Positions 12,771 through 25,240 of a DNA stretch of 64,000 nucleotides are shown one piece after another. The position numbers and the translations under genes were made by a program. Origin of the DNA: Antechinus flavipes (taxonomy: Eukaryota); NCBI RefSeq assembly GCF_016432865.1, contig NC_067402.1:116994001-117058000 (forward strand), read 5' to 3'. Positions within the stretch are counted from its first letter, which is position 1. Every line of letters begins with the position of its first letter. The notes beneath the pieces are model-generated. The model made no database searches and had not been told where the DNA came from. It saw only the letters and a list, made by a program, of their open reading frames with translations.

Positions 12771-14809
12771 AGCAAAAGAATAATAGTTCTAAAGTTAGAA
12801 ATATTGGGTCCCAGTCCAATTTTTGGTGCTTCTTTCTTTGTGATACAAATCATTTAATTTCATAAGACCTCAGTTTCTTCAACTGTAAAATGAGAATTGG
12901 CTTAGATGGCCTGTGAGGTCCCTTTTAGCTTTAGGTCTATGCTCTTGTGTACCTTTTATAAAGGCTGACAAGTAATTCTTTACATTCCCTTACAAAGTAA
13001 TTACTCTATTGTAGTGTTCTATTTCTTGCCCTGAAAGATGAGATGACTTTGATTTAAATTTTCTATCCTTCATGTAGAGTGAGTTTTGCAAATGTGACTT
13101 CTCAGATCTTGGGTTTTAAGAGGTGTATTGATTTGAAGGATGGTAAGCAGTCCAAATTGTGAATTCCTGAAATGGCCATGTAGCTCAAACCTGGGATTCA
13201 TCGATCTAAGCCATTTAAGTATGTTTATGGCACCTGTCCCACCACTGCTATTAGCAGCAGATCAGAGGATGGGAGTTGAATTATTTTGTTCTTCCTTATG
13301 ACTTGCCATTTATGGGGAGGCAGAAATGGAGGCACAGATGGGTTTTAGCTTATGTGGCACACTGAATCATAGGCTTTGGTTAAAAAAAGAATACTATTGG
13401 TGCCCATTTCTATGGCAGCAACAAAGCCGTTTTCGGAGGGTGAGGGGTAAGGGTGGTAAAAGCATAGCTTTGTAGGTGGTCTTGGCTAGATATTGAAAAC
13501 TTTGATATAGTAATGAGGCTTCCCTATGTTCTAAGTTATCCATGAAACTTAGGGGAACTTTAGATGATAAAATTAATCCCTTGGAACTTCATTACAAGCA
13601 TTCTCTTTACAGAAGTTTCAATTCTGTTTATGAACCAGCTAGTCCTCTAAGGTTTTCTTAGCTTTTGTAGTTATTTTGTTCTGCCTTTCAATCCACTAAC
13701 TAATTTTGTAGTAAATCCAGGAATTTGTCCTTATGGCTAAAAAAATATTGTTCAAATTTGTAAGTGACAGGATAATTTAGTGTAACAGGTAAAGAACTAG
13801 TCTTGGATTCAGCAATTCTTGGGTTCAAGCTTGCCTCTGAGATGTACTAAGGGACAATGTGAAGCTTATTTAGTCTGCCAGAGACCCAAGCAACTTTCTA
13901 AATTAAATTACAAAGGAGTTGCTGATCTATATTGGTGGAGAAAATTTCCCCCTAGGAGGTATCCTACAGGGATGAAATTAAGGATTTTCAACAAATATGA
14001 CAAACAAAAAATATTTTCACTTTGGTTCTGGGAGAAGGGGAAGGCAGGAACATTGAAATTGATGGTTTTGTATATATAGATATATGTTTTAAAATTAGTG
14101 TTAATTCAGACGATTTGATTATAAATTTAGTCAATCAGGATATTTGGTACCATATAGACACTTCTGAATTATGATTTTTTTAAAATTTCATAAATTTTAT
14201 CTCTGATCACTTAAGCCCATAGTCATCTCTCTCCCCTAAGAAGTACTCATTTCTTCTGCTCTCTTGGAATTTAATTCTTGTTCATTTGCACCAGGGCACA
14301 CCTACTAAAAGATCACAAATCTTCTCCATTGTTTTGGATCTCTGAATTCTTTTCAAGGCTCAATTCAAGAGAGAGCTTCTTTAAAGGTCTTTACTGATTT
14401 CCTTAGTCATTTCTATCAGCACCATAGTATATTTTTTATATATGCCCTGTCTTTGCTTATGTGTGAATGGGTTGTATTTCCCCCACTACTACTCAGTAGA
14501 ATGTAAAATCCATGAGGACAAGGATGTGTTCCTTTTTTATTTGTACTCTCAGGGTCTAGCACTATGTTTATTATATAGTGGGTAACTAATCAATACTTGT
14601 CGACTGATTGTGAATTACTCATTTTGCATTATAGTACTCAAATATGCACTATTTTCTCATACAATTTTTATTATTCTCTTGGACTGTTGTTTAACTCCTA
14701 TCATTGTGCATAATTTCTCTAATTAGTTAAGTTTCTGAGAAGTAGAAAAATCTATGTTAGTCTGTTAGACTTGTCATTATTTCCCAGAATGCCTAATTCA
14801 GTTTTCCCA

Positions 14810-15000
14810 CATGTGTTACTCTTGTTTCAGTCATGTCTTTGTGATTTGTGATTTGACTTGAGATTCTCTGGGCAAAGATACTGGTGTGGTTTGCTGTTTC
14901 TTTTCCCAAACTTCTTCAACCCACTTTATTGATGAGAAAACTAAGGCAAACAGGGTTAAATGACTAGGCAGAACACTCTATACATTGTGCTACCTAACTG
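14810..15000 (-). mobile_element. MAR1-like SINE
   Basis: Reverse complement of the MAR1 pattern (gcaaagatactggtgtggtttgc...gaaaactaaggcaaacagggttaaatgact). Confidence 0.75.
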
Positions 15001-16409
15001 CCTTTGATAAGGGCTTAAAAATATTTGTTCTTTGGAATGCATGAATCCTATGAATGAAATGATTTGGGGCATGTGTAAATACACATTATGAATCAGTGTC
15101 AAGGCCTGGAATGGAATCCCAAATTCCTCCTTCCTTTTTTCTGAAAAGTTAAATACAGGCTATGTCTTAATAAAATACCCATAATTATATAACTTCTCCT
15201 TCCAGAAAAATAAATGCAGACCAGGCTGACATAGACAAGGTGAAGCAGAGGGATGAGCAATTCTGTGATGTATTCAAGCAGGATAAATACCCAACCCAGA
15301 TAATTCAAGGCTAGACATCTCTGTCTACATCACCTGTCTACCTTGCTTAAAGCTGTCAGTAGAACTTTTTTTTTCTTCAGGCCTTCAGATATTTTGCTAG
15401 GAAGTCCTGACTGTGCAGTGATTAGTGGTTTCAAAATGCTATTCAAGACAGAATAGGTCTTCAAAAGGATGCTTAAGTAATTAAGGCAATTTAATTAAGT
15501 CTTCAATAATAATTTGAAAAGGCCAGTGTATTGTTCCCAGGAGAAGGTTACAATTCTAGTGTCAGGTTTTATAGTTACATGATGTATTTTCCTTAGTACT
15601 TAATTTCCTGATTTTCTATGCAAAAATTAAGATAGTAACTAACTTATAAGTAGGTTGTGGTCAAAATTTTTGGAATGATTTTTAAAGAAGCCAACATATT
15701 TCCTGAATATTTTAGATGGTATTTGAATTTCAGTTTATCTCAGCTCCTCAACCTGATTAACTCTTTCAGTCTATAGAAGCATAGATTATAGATTAAGTGT
15801 TAGAAAGGGAATGTAAATGACCCTCATTTACCACCAAAGACAGGAGATTTAAAAACTTGGCCAAGATTACAGGGAAAGTTAAATATGAAATCATTTCGAC
15901 TCCATAAGATGTTCATTCTACCATACTAATTAATGACTATTGTAGACAATGTACTGGTTGCATTCATGTATTGATAGTTCTGAAGTTTCCCATTGTCTCT
16001 CTTTCTGGTTCTCTCAATGAGTTGGGATATTACTCCATGGTGTAAAAAGAGTAAATTATCATATAGTAGCAAGGGTCACATTAGTACTCAAAGGATCTAG
16101 CTTGTATCTGGTTTCTCTTATTTCCTTCCCTTAGGAAAAGCACTTAATCTTTTGCAACTATGACTACAAAATGACCTCTCCCCCTCTCCCCACAAAAGAA
16201 AAAAAATCAAACCATATGACTTCTAAGATTTCTCCCAACTCTCAATCCTTCTCTGTTTGATGGGAAGATCATGGAAAGTTAGAAAGAAGTAAAATACTTC
16301 TCCCTCTTTTCTTCTTTTCCCTTCATCTTCTTCTAATTTAAGAGGATCTTTCTTTACTTTTATCCAGTTATTTGTAGCTGTGTGGTAATTCATAACCCTA
16401 TTTGTGTTT

Positions 16410-16618
16410 GTTTTGTTTTGTTTTTGGCAAAGACACTGGAGCTATTTGCCATTTCCCTTTCCAGATTATTTTATAGATGATGAAATCAAGGTAAATGGTG
16501 TTAAGTGACTTGCCCAGAGTCACATAGCTAGTAAGTGTCTGAGGTCAGATTTGAACTCACAAAGATGAGTCTTTTCTCATTCTAAGCCAGGAACTATATT
16601 TGCTGAGCCACCTAGCAG
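16410..16618 (-). mobile_element. MAR1-like SINE
   Basis: ggcaaagacactggagctatttgccatttccc...gagccacctagcagc. Confidence 0.8.
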
Positions 16619-17241
16619 CATCTTTCTTTGCTACTTGGATGAATAAAACCTTACAAAAGATTTCTAGATATAATGGCTTTATATTAAAAGAACATTGTCA
16701 AGTCCAAGGTTAACTGTTACTGATTTTCTGTTTAACAGACCCCTTGGAGGAAGACCACTCTGACCAGTATTGACTATAGAATGGATAGGATTTATTATAT
16801 GTTTTGTCCATTGAAGGGTAGAAGTTAATTTCAAAATTAAAGGAAGGATTTGTGTCACAGCCAATAAGTCTTGCCCATGACACTTAGGTTAGTTAAAACA
16901 AATAGCTAGTTTCCTTCTATTACTAAACTTTCCTCAAATTTCTTTCATACAACATTTTCCCAATTGTATCAAGGAAAAATAACTCACTATTTTAGGGGGA
17001 AAAGATTATGGGACTGTTGTACAGCTATATAATTGGTATAATTTTCATCTGAAGCAAGAATTAGGTATTACTTAAACAAGACTGCTTCCTACAGGTGAGA
17101 CAGATTTTAAAGAAACAAAATTCTCTTTGCAGAATCATTCTTTTATAAACTGTTCTCAATGGTTCTTTTAAAACCACAGAATTAATTAAAAAACACCAGC
17201 ATATCAACATTGCCCTCTTTTCCCCCCCTCTTCCTTTGCAG

Positions 17242-17377
17242 GTGGTGTTTGTATTGCTCAGTCACAGAAAATCCCCCGTGAACCAAGGCCTGGAGAATTT
17301 GACAAAATCATCAAACGTTTATTGGAAACACCTAATGCTCGGGCAGTGATCATGTTTGCCAATGAGGATGACATCAG
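17242..17377 (+). CDS. GRM8: GRM8 internal coding exon (136 bp; Venus flytrap domain, [46 protein letters not shown])
   Basis: Polypyrimidine tract plus ttgcAG acceptor at 17240-17241 and AG|GTactt donor at 17378. The translation matches the mGluR8 sequence I recall, and the phases join the next exon. Confidence 0.97.
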
Positions 17378-17866
17378 GTACTTATCTCTCTCTCTCTTTT
17401 TTTTTTTTTCTCAGTGGACTATCAGATCTGGTGACCTCCATTCTTTTTTCTAATTTATTCACATGTGTAGTAAAACTTTAGAAATTTAAAACATGTAAAG
17501 AAAAAGACTTTACAGTTATAGAAAAGACTGAATTCTGATCTACTGAGTGCTCATAGCTATCAAGCTCCTAAGGCTCAAGCTTTTCTCTGCTAAAACCTAG
17601 AAATTAAAAGAGAAGAAACAAATATGGATGATAGAGTGAAGGATGCAAATGAGCTTTATAATAAAACTTATTATCATATACTGAAGTTGAAGTCAATTAT
17701 ATTTCCTTAAGGAGATATGATTTAGATAGTTAAAATAATTGATTGACCAGTTGTGTAATGGTGACCTACCAACTATGTAGAACTTAATCCATTTAGTGTT
17801 CTAAGGCTTGTATTTGTTGAATTTCTTGCTAAACATTGTTGGTTTTATTTATTTTCATTTCTATAG

Positions 17867-18021
17867 GCGAATATTGGAAGCTGCCAAAAAAGTAAATCAA
17901 AGTGGGCATTTCCTCTGGATTGGCTCAGATAGTTGGGGCTCAAAAATATCACCTGTCTATCAACAAGAAGAAATTGCTGAAGGAGCTGTAACTATTTTAC
18001 CCAAAAGAGCTTCAATTGATG
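17867..18021 (+). CDS. GRM8: GRM8 internal coding exon (155 bp; [51 protein letters not shown])
   Basis: tatAG acceptor at 17865-17866 and G|GTAAG donor at 18022. In frame with both flanking exons; contains the mGluR WIGSDSWG motif. Confidence 0.97.
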
Positions 18022-19244
18022 GTAAGAAGGACACATTGTAATGACTGAGATCAATAAATGGATATGTTTCAGTTAAAGGAATAGAAGCTCAGTTGGATAA
18101 AGTACAATATTAAAATTGGAAAGAGAAGATTTATAACAATTCACTTCGAATGTATGAATATGCATATTGAATAGCTAGATCCATTGTACTGATTGACCAG
18201 TTGTTAACCAGGTAAGATACATATATGGATATGAGCAAGAAGACATTCACCACTCTGAGCCTCAGAGATATTTTCATAAATTGTGATTGAACATTATAAG
18301 CCTTCTAAAGAGGCCACATGGAATGGTAGAAAGAGGAACATCTTTTCTGGAAATCTGAAATGGGAGGTTTTTTTTCATTTGCTTTGAAATGGGAGCTGGA
18401 TATGGACAATGAACATTCCCTACTGTCGACTCCCTTGAAGCCAGGAATGGGAGGGAAGATGCTTTATTCTATTTTTTGTATAGTAATTAATGATCCTGTT
18501 ACCTTCTTTTCCTGAGCAAGCATACAAAGCATTCCTGAGAATTTCTGAGAACTTTCTCCTGCTTTTTTTCTTTTTTTCTTTCTTCTTTCTCTTTTTTCCC
18601 CTTCTCTTTTTCTCTTCTTTTCTCTTCTCTTCATTTCCCTTCCCCCATTTCCCTTTCCCATTATTACATCTTTCCCTTCTTCCCTATTCCCCAATTTCCT
18701 TCCTTTTCTTTAATACTTCCATTCCCAAGGTTAGTGGAAGGGAACAGATAGGAAGAAGAGTCTTGGAAAAGCTTTATTATAGTTAGGGAACAATGAACCA
18801 TTTGGTTTCATTTTGGAGGTAGCATGATGTTTTGATAAGAACATTGGGTTAGGAGTCAGATGACAGTTGCAGATTACTATTTTTAGATCTTGTCATCCTC
18901 ATTGTTTTTACTGACTTAAGCTTCTTCTTACTTTCTCTTATTTGTAAATATCCTACATAAGGTACCTATTCCCAGCTCTGCTGTTTTCTACATTACCTCT
19001 ATCAAGTCACTTCCCTTCCTCTATTGCTTTAATAATCTCTAAGGTCCCTTCTAGTTCTGAAGGTCTATGATTTGCACCTACTTTTTTAAAATATAGAAAT
19101 TGTTCATGCAATATAATAAGTTGCACTGAATTCCAAAATAGTAATTCATTCTGAATTGCAGCCTATAAGAAAAACCTGATTATTGTAGATGATTTTTTGG
19201 GGGGTAGGGAAGGGAACTAACAAACCCCTGTATTTTCCTTGGTT

Positions 19245-19470
19245 CTTTTTTGTTTTGTTATTTTTCAGTCTTGTCTGACTCTATGACTCCATTTGGGGTT
19301 TTCCTGGCAAAGCTACTGGTGTGCTTTGTCATTTCCTTCTCCCGCTCATTTTACAGTTGGAAAACTGAGGCAAGCAGGTTAAATGACTTGCTCTCCAGGT
19401 TCACACAGTTAGTAAGTGTCAGAGGCTAGATTTGAATTTTGGAAGATGAGCCCAGCATTTTATCCCCTGT
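19245..19470 (-). mobile_element. MAR1-like SINE
   Basis: ccatttggggttttcctggcaaagctactgg...gaaactgaggcaagcagg. Confidence 0.8.
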
Positions 19471-20093
19471 ATCATTTACTTGCTGTAATTTATTTTTTAA
19501 GTCTGAGTAAAGTCCTTCCTTATCTTGGCTGCTACTGGGACTATGCTGATTTGCATGCATGAATAGCAGAATATTATGTTATTTTAATCATTCGATTCTT
19601 TTTAATTGTTGAAGAAAGGAAAGTGGGATGTAGGATTAGTCTAATATACAAGTGGTCTGGAGGGGTCTAAATAACTTGTGACAGGACCCTAAAGTTCTGC
19701 CCACTTCTAACTATCTTTTCCATGTCCTGAGATGGTTTCAGAAATCCTCAACCTTAGGATCACTCTTTTGATTGATGACCTCGCAGGGTAATATCTATTA
19801 TTACCCATGATCATATTAATAAAGATCAGTTTGTCAGATTATCTGGAATATATGACACAACACTAGAATTGTATGATGATTTAAAGGTCTGCTGTGTCCC
19901 TCCTAACTTTGTGTTTGCTTTAAAGTCGGTGATTTCAGGGAGGGGTGATGTTGCTTTTGTCTCCATTTTTTGTTTGTTTGTTTGTTTTGTTTACTTTCTG
20001 TGTATTTTATCACATTGGGATGGTTTGGATTTGGAATTGTAATTTCATTTGTATAAAGGATTGCCAATGGAAATACTCTTTCAAATGCAGGTC

Positions 20094-20259
20094 GGTTTAT
20101 TTATTTATTTATTTATTTAATATTTGTTTATTTTTTTAAATTTAATTTTTATTTAATAATTACTTTATATTGACACTCGTTTCTGTTTCGATTTTTTTCC
20201 CCTCCCTCCCTCCACCCCCTCCCCTAGATGGCAAGCAGTCCTTTATATGTTGGATATGT
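20094..20259 (-). mobile_element. Young 5'-truncated L1 3' end with (TTTA)n tail and TSD
   Basis: ATGCAGGTC at 20085-20093 and 20260-20268, CpGs retained, L1 3'UTR motif cccctagatggcaag. Confidence 0.85.
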
Positions 20260-20492
20260 ATGCAGGTCTCTTTAATATATAGTCACAAACATTTCTTGGG
20301 AAACTGAGGGTGATTTACCCAAAGTAACAGCCAGAACTTGTTTTTAGCAATAAGTAGTCATAACTTACATGACTCAATGATCCACAAGAATATACAATTC
20401 TGTTTTGATTATGAATTTAATTTGATATTATTCTAGAAATAATAATTTCTAATATAATAACTTTTAAATTATTTCTTTCTTGTACATTATAG

Positions 20493-20630
20493 GATTTGAT
20501 CGATATTTTAGAAGCCGGACTCTTGCCAATAATCGAAGGAATGTGTGGTTTGCTGAATTTTGGGAGGAGAATTTTGGATGCAAATTAGGATCACATGGAA
20601 AAAGAAATAGTCATATCAAGAAATGCACAG
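20493..20630 (+). CDS. GRM8: GRM8 internal coding exon (138 bp; [46 protein letters not shown])
   Basis: tatAG acceptor at 20491-20492 and G|GTtgga donor at 20631. Contains the mGlu[14 protein letters not shown] motif; [14 protein letters not shown] is mGluR8-type. Confidence 0.97.
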
Positions 20631-20724
20631 GTTGGATACTTGAGTATTTTATTTGAAACCATTATTCATAATTACATATAAAATGAAAAAATCCTTATAA
20701 AAATGAATGGTGCCTTATTTATGG

Positions 20725-21070
20725 GTAAGCTGGACTTAGCTAGCTTAAGCTCTTGAGAGCTGATTTTAAACTATTCTGTATGAGCATTTACACCTGAAAA
20801 AGTGGGAACATCTACAAATTAGTGCTTGAAATTTTGGTGATTTTCCAGACATAAGAAAGTGATAGACATATAACCTACATCTAATTGTTTAATTTTTCAG
20901 AGGGGTGGAGGTGAAAAAGGGGAAGGAGAGAAGGATAAAATTTGAAACTCAAAACTTTAAATAAAAATGTTTTAAAAGATAGAGAAAATCTAAATAATGC
21001 AGATTAAATTTAAAAGTGTTATGGATACCTTTTTGATTTTCAGAGAGCCAGATGTTAAATTATTATTGGT
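20725..21070. mobile_element. Marsupial MER63-like hAT non-autonomous transposon, interrupted by a sense L1 tail (~20885-20985)
   Basis: gagagctgattttaaa...gagcatttacacc...aagaaagtgat...aataatgcagattaaatttaaaagtg...gagagccagatgttaaa, recalled from the consensus. Confidence 0.6.
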
Positions 21071-24000
21071 GAATTTTGCTATTTTTCTCCTTTGTTCCAT
21101 AGAGAATCTCCCACAGAGTTGAACTCATATTAGGCAATCAAGTAGTGCTGGTTAATTGAGTGTGTTTATGTGTTCAGCACTATCCTAAATAAGTGACTGA
21201 TAAAATAACTCTTTTAAAGATATGACTTTTGTCTACAAGAAGCTTATGATTCAGTTAGGAAGATAATTATAAAGTTTAGACAAAGGATTATTTAGGGAAG
21301 AGAGATACCAAGGTAGTCTTGAAGAGTTAAGAAAAATTCTACAAGAGAAGTGAAAGCATACATGGCCAATCCTTGAAGAATGGGTAACATTTGGCAAGAT
21401 GGAGATGAAAGAACGTTCCATACAATAATACACCAAAGACCAAAATGAGAATGGTGTTTGTTCATAAAACAATGAGATTAGTTGGATTAGAATAGAAACT
21501 TTCTGTTGGGGAATAGTGGAAAGTAATGGATACATTGTTTTTAGGGGACTTGGCATGAGCTGAAAGAGTTGAAAGAAAACTTTTTATGTTTGATCTCTTG
21601 TTAAATTTTACTACAGTCTCCAAAGATAAACATCAGGCTAATAGTGATGTTTAGTTATCTCCAGATTAATTTTTTCAGATTCTGGTTTATGTATTCCTAA
21701 TGATTTGGGGTGGAAAGATGACGAAAGAGCTGGTTGAATTCAATCAAATGCCTGGTTATTTTACAAATAACTTTTAGAAAGTGGTTATATAAACTCAGCT
21801 GGTTACCTTAGAATCATCTCCTGTCTGAATTCACATCATATCTATTCTTATTCTACACAACTCCCCTCCTTAAGTTGTATGGGGACACATATCCTATATG
21901 GCAGTGGCTGTGGGTATACTGAATAAATATGTCACTTGTGAATGTGGAATCAAACTACTGAATTTTCATGGATTCTGAATTTTATCCAGGTATTTGGCTA
22001 TTATCAAAATTGTATTAACCTGCCAAATTAGAGCTATTTCAGTGTAGAACAAAAAAGGGTGTTTAATTGATAGGCTAGACCAGATATACCCCCTAAGGTT
22101 AACTACATCAAGAGGCAGATTTTCGTGCAAATTCCATTATGGCTGTTCCTGAAATAATTTCGAGAATGGAATTTCATCAGAAGCAAATCCAAGAAATACA
22201 CACCTGGATTTTGTTGTTATTGTTTTGATTGTTAGTGAGGCTCTTTTTATTATTTTTATTGTTGTTGAGAAAACTTCCACAGCAGAAACTAGGCTGTGTT
22301 TGTGTCCTCAATTGCCATCACTTATAGCTTATGTTTCCATTTTTAGTTAGGAAATAAGGTCACCTAACATACTATTGATTAAAATGTTTAGGAGAATGAA
22401 GATTATAGGGCAGTTAAAAGTGTCCGTGTATAATTCAGCATTGATTTTTGCCTCCAACAGCCTCATTCCTGATTGACTAGAAATGTATCTATGAATAGAT
22501 GTTTAATTCAAATTTGACTTCAGGTTTTATGATGGTTTTGACAGCCTTAGCAGAAGTTTTTGAAATTAGAGAATCTTTAATATATCTTTGCCATATCCCC
22601 ATTAACAAAACAAGCAAGATTCATGTTAACGTTTTTGTAACACTTCCCACTTGGCGATGCTGGTCTCCCAACACTTGTACTGCCTTTGGGGCCATATCTG
22701 GATGACAAATTAACATGGCAAAAAGCTCAGTTCTCATAAGCTTGGGGACATCTTTTTTTTTTTTATCAGATTTCTAAAGCCAGAGATCTTTGAATTTTTG
22801 TAAAACACCTTGTGGAAAAGAGACGAGGTGTACTTTTTCTGAAAATCAAATGGTTTTTACTTTTTTTTTTTTTAGTAAAACAAGACTTGGCTTTTGGCTC
22901 ATGATAATTGTTACCTTTAGGGTGCAGGCCAAATTCCAGATGAGCAATGTTTCTCTTCTATTGCTCAAGACTTAATAAATTTGAAAAAGAGAATTATTTA
23001 ATCCTATGTAAAGTTTCCTTCATCTTCCTAAAGATGGAAAAACATCCTTTACTGATTATTGAGGTGATGGGTAAGATTTTGGTATGTCAGCTATATACAC
23101 ATATAGCTTGACAATTCTCCTTCATATGCAAACCCTCTGTCCCTTTCATCTTCACATTGTATACAAATCATCACTAACCATTCCTTTTGTCTCCCAGCTC
23201 CCCCTTGGACTAATCCATTTTCAGCACTGAGCATATAGTGGCCAAATTATAGCTTCAAACTGATTCTTTCCAGGAATTTTCTTAAAGATAGAAAGACTTA
23301 GATTTTAAAATTTTCCTTTAACTGGTGTCTTTTTCTAGCTAAGCAAAGGCATTTTGGAACTCGATCCAGCCCATCATGGCATCTCTCTCAGGAATTTTTT
23401 GGCTGAGAGCTCTGGCAGTACCTGCGCAAGGGGCTAGCCCTGATAATGTGTTGATGAGTCTTTCAGGGTGGGCTCCCTTCAACTTTCACATAGTCTCTGC
23501 CTTCTTTTCTTTAAACGTGAGCTCTGAGTCACCTCTACAATTTACTAGGACTATTCTTTTCCCTTCAGTCTTCCCCTTCCCCCACCAAAAAATATACCAT
23601 CTTCTTCCATTTTTATGTGCCTTGTTTGTCTTTTGAATTTAGATTGTGAGCCCAGCGGGCAAGGACCTTATTGCTTAGGGAGTACATAGTTGACACTCAA
23701 GTGCTAAATGGTTGTGAGCATATGCTAGTTAAAATGGCCTATTGATTCTTATTTATGATGATAGGAATAGCAACGATGGGAAAAAATGCAAGCATATTCT
23801 GCTCCTGCCAACTGACTACATTCTGTTCATTGAAGGAAACAGAAAATTTAGTGAGGCTTGGGATTGCTAGTGCTTCCTAGTGGTTATTAGGAAGGTTTTA
23901 AGCTCCACCCCAAGTTTTATCTACTGCCTAAGCAGCTTTTTTGTGTGATTGGAGGGGTTCTTTGGAAGGACAAAATCATTTCCTTCCCAAGTAGGGAGCA

Positions 24001-24289
24001 TGGAGGAGCTTTTGACCTAGATGGACTAAAAAATTACCATCACCTCTGCCACCTTATAAAATCTTACTTTGTTTCCTAACTCTTAAGAGGAAAAAGAAAA
24101 TCAGTATTTGAAAATATATCCTATATATCTCTCTGTACATTTCCAAGATGAGAATGTATTCATACTTGCTACTCTGTAACATATGGGTGTGTGCATATAT
24201 GTGCATGTATATTACATGTATATATATATACATTTTCTATATATATTCAATATATATTTCATCTACAATAAATGAAAGAATAATTACTA

Positions 24290-25240
24290 CGAACTTACAT
24301 TCTAACAGAGGAGAAAACAGGAACATGCATAAGTATAGCAATGAATATAATGTGCCTAAAGAGTTAATCCTACCATCAACAAATATTTATTAAGATGTAT
24401 TAGGCACTCTCCAAAGCACTAAGGATCCAGAGAAAAGCAAGAACATAGTCCCTTCCCTGAAGCACCTGACATTCTGGAGAGGAGAAAACATGTAAACAAC
24501 AATGTGCATATACTATTTATACAATATAAATGGAAAAAAAATATCTCAGAGGGAAAGTGCTAGTTGGGAGGGAGGCTAATGGGAAAGTTAAAGAAAGGCC
24601 TTTTGCTGCAGCTAAGTTAAAGCTTAAAGGAAGCCAAGAGGCAAAGATGAGGAGGGAAAACATTACAAATATGGGCAGCCAGTAAAAAAAGCAAGAAATC
24701 TGGGAGATTGTAATGCCTCTGTAGCTAGAAATTATACTAAATTAAAGGGAATACAGGTTGTAAAGGTACAAAGAGGCCAGGTTCTGAAGCTCTTTAAATG
24801 CTAACAAGAGTATTTTAAATTTGATCCTGCATGTAAATAGAAAGCCACTACCATTTATTTAGTGGAGGAAGTAAAGGGAAGGCATGGAACCTGGTCAGAC
24901 CTTAAGCTTTAGGAAGATCAGTTTGTCAGGTGAATGGAAGATAGAGTGGAATAGGGAGGGATTTAAAGCAAAGAGGAAGCCATTGCAATAATTCGGGAGT
25001 AAAATAATAAGGTTTTACACTAGGCTAGCATGTGTGTGAGTAGAGAGAAGGGGATTGATATGAGAAATGTTCTGTAGGTCGAAATGTCAAGAGTTGACAA
25101 CAGAATGGAAAGATGAAAAGAAAAAAAAAATATTGAGGAAGTTTCTGTCCAGTTGCACTGAGTAGAGTAGGAGAAAGGAGCTAAATATGGTCTGTCTTTT
25201 GGGTAATCCAAAAGAATAGCAATTTCAGGGGAGAGAGATG
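24290..25240 (-). mobile_element. L2 LINE 3' region
   Basis: catcaacaaatatttattaag...taggcac tail and tggtcagacctt...aggaagatc motifs. Confidence 0.65.

Larger units (their letters stand above)
1..17241 (+). other. GRM8: GRM8 intron (3' part of a large upstream intron)
   Basis: The first exon found is internal (phase 1 acceptor) and no upstream mGluR coding sequence was recognised. Confidence 0.85.

Noticed and set aside
17808-18041. 77-aa ORF in the ORF track
   Set aside because: It is the GRM8 exon 17867-18021 plus flanking intron read-through, not a separate gene.
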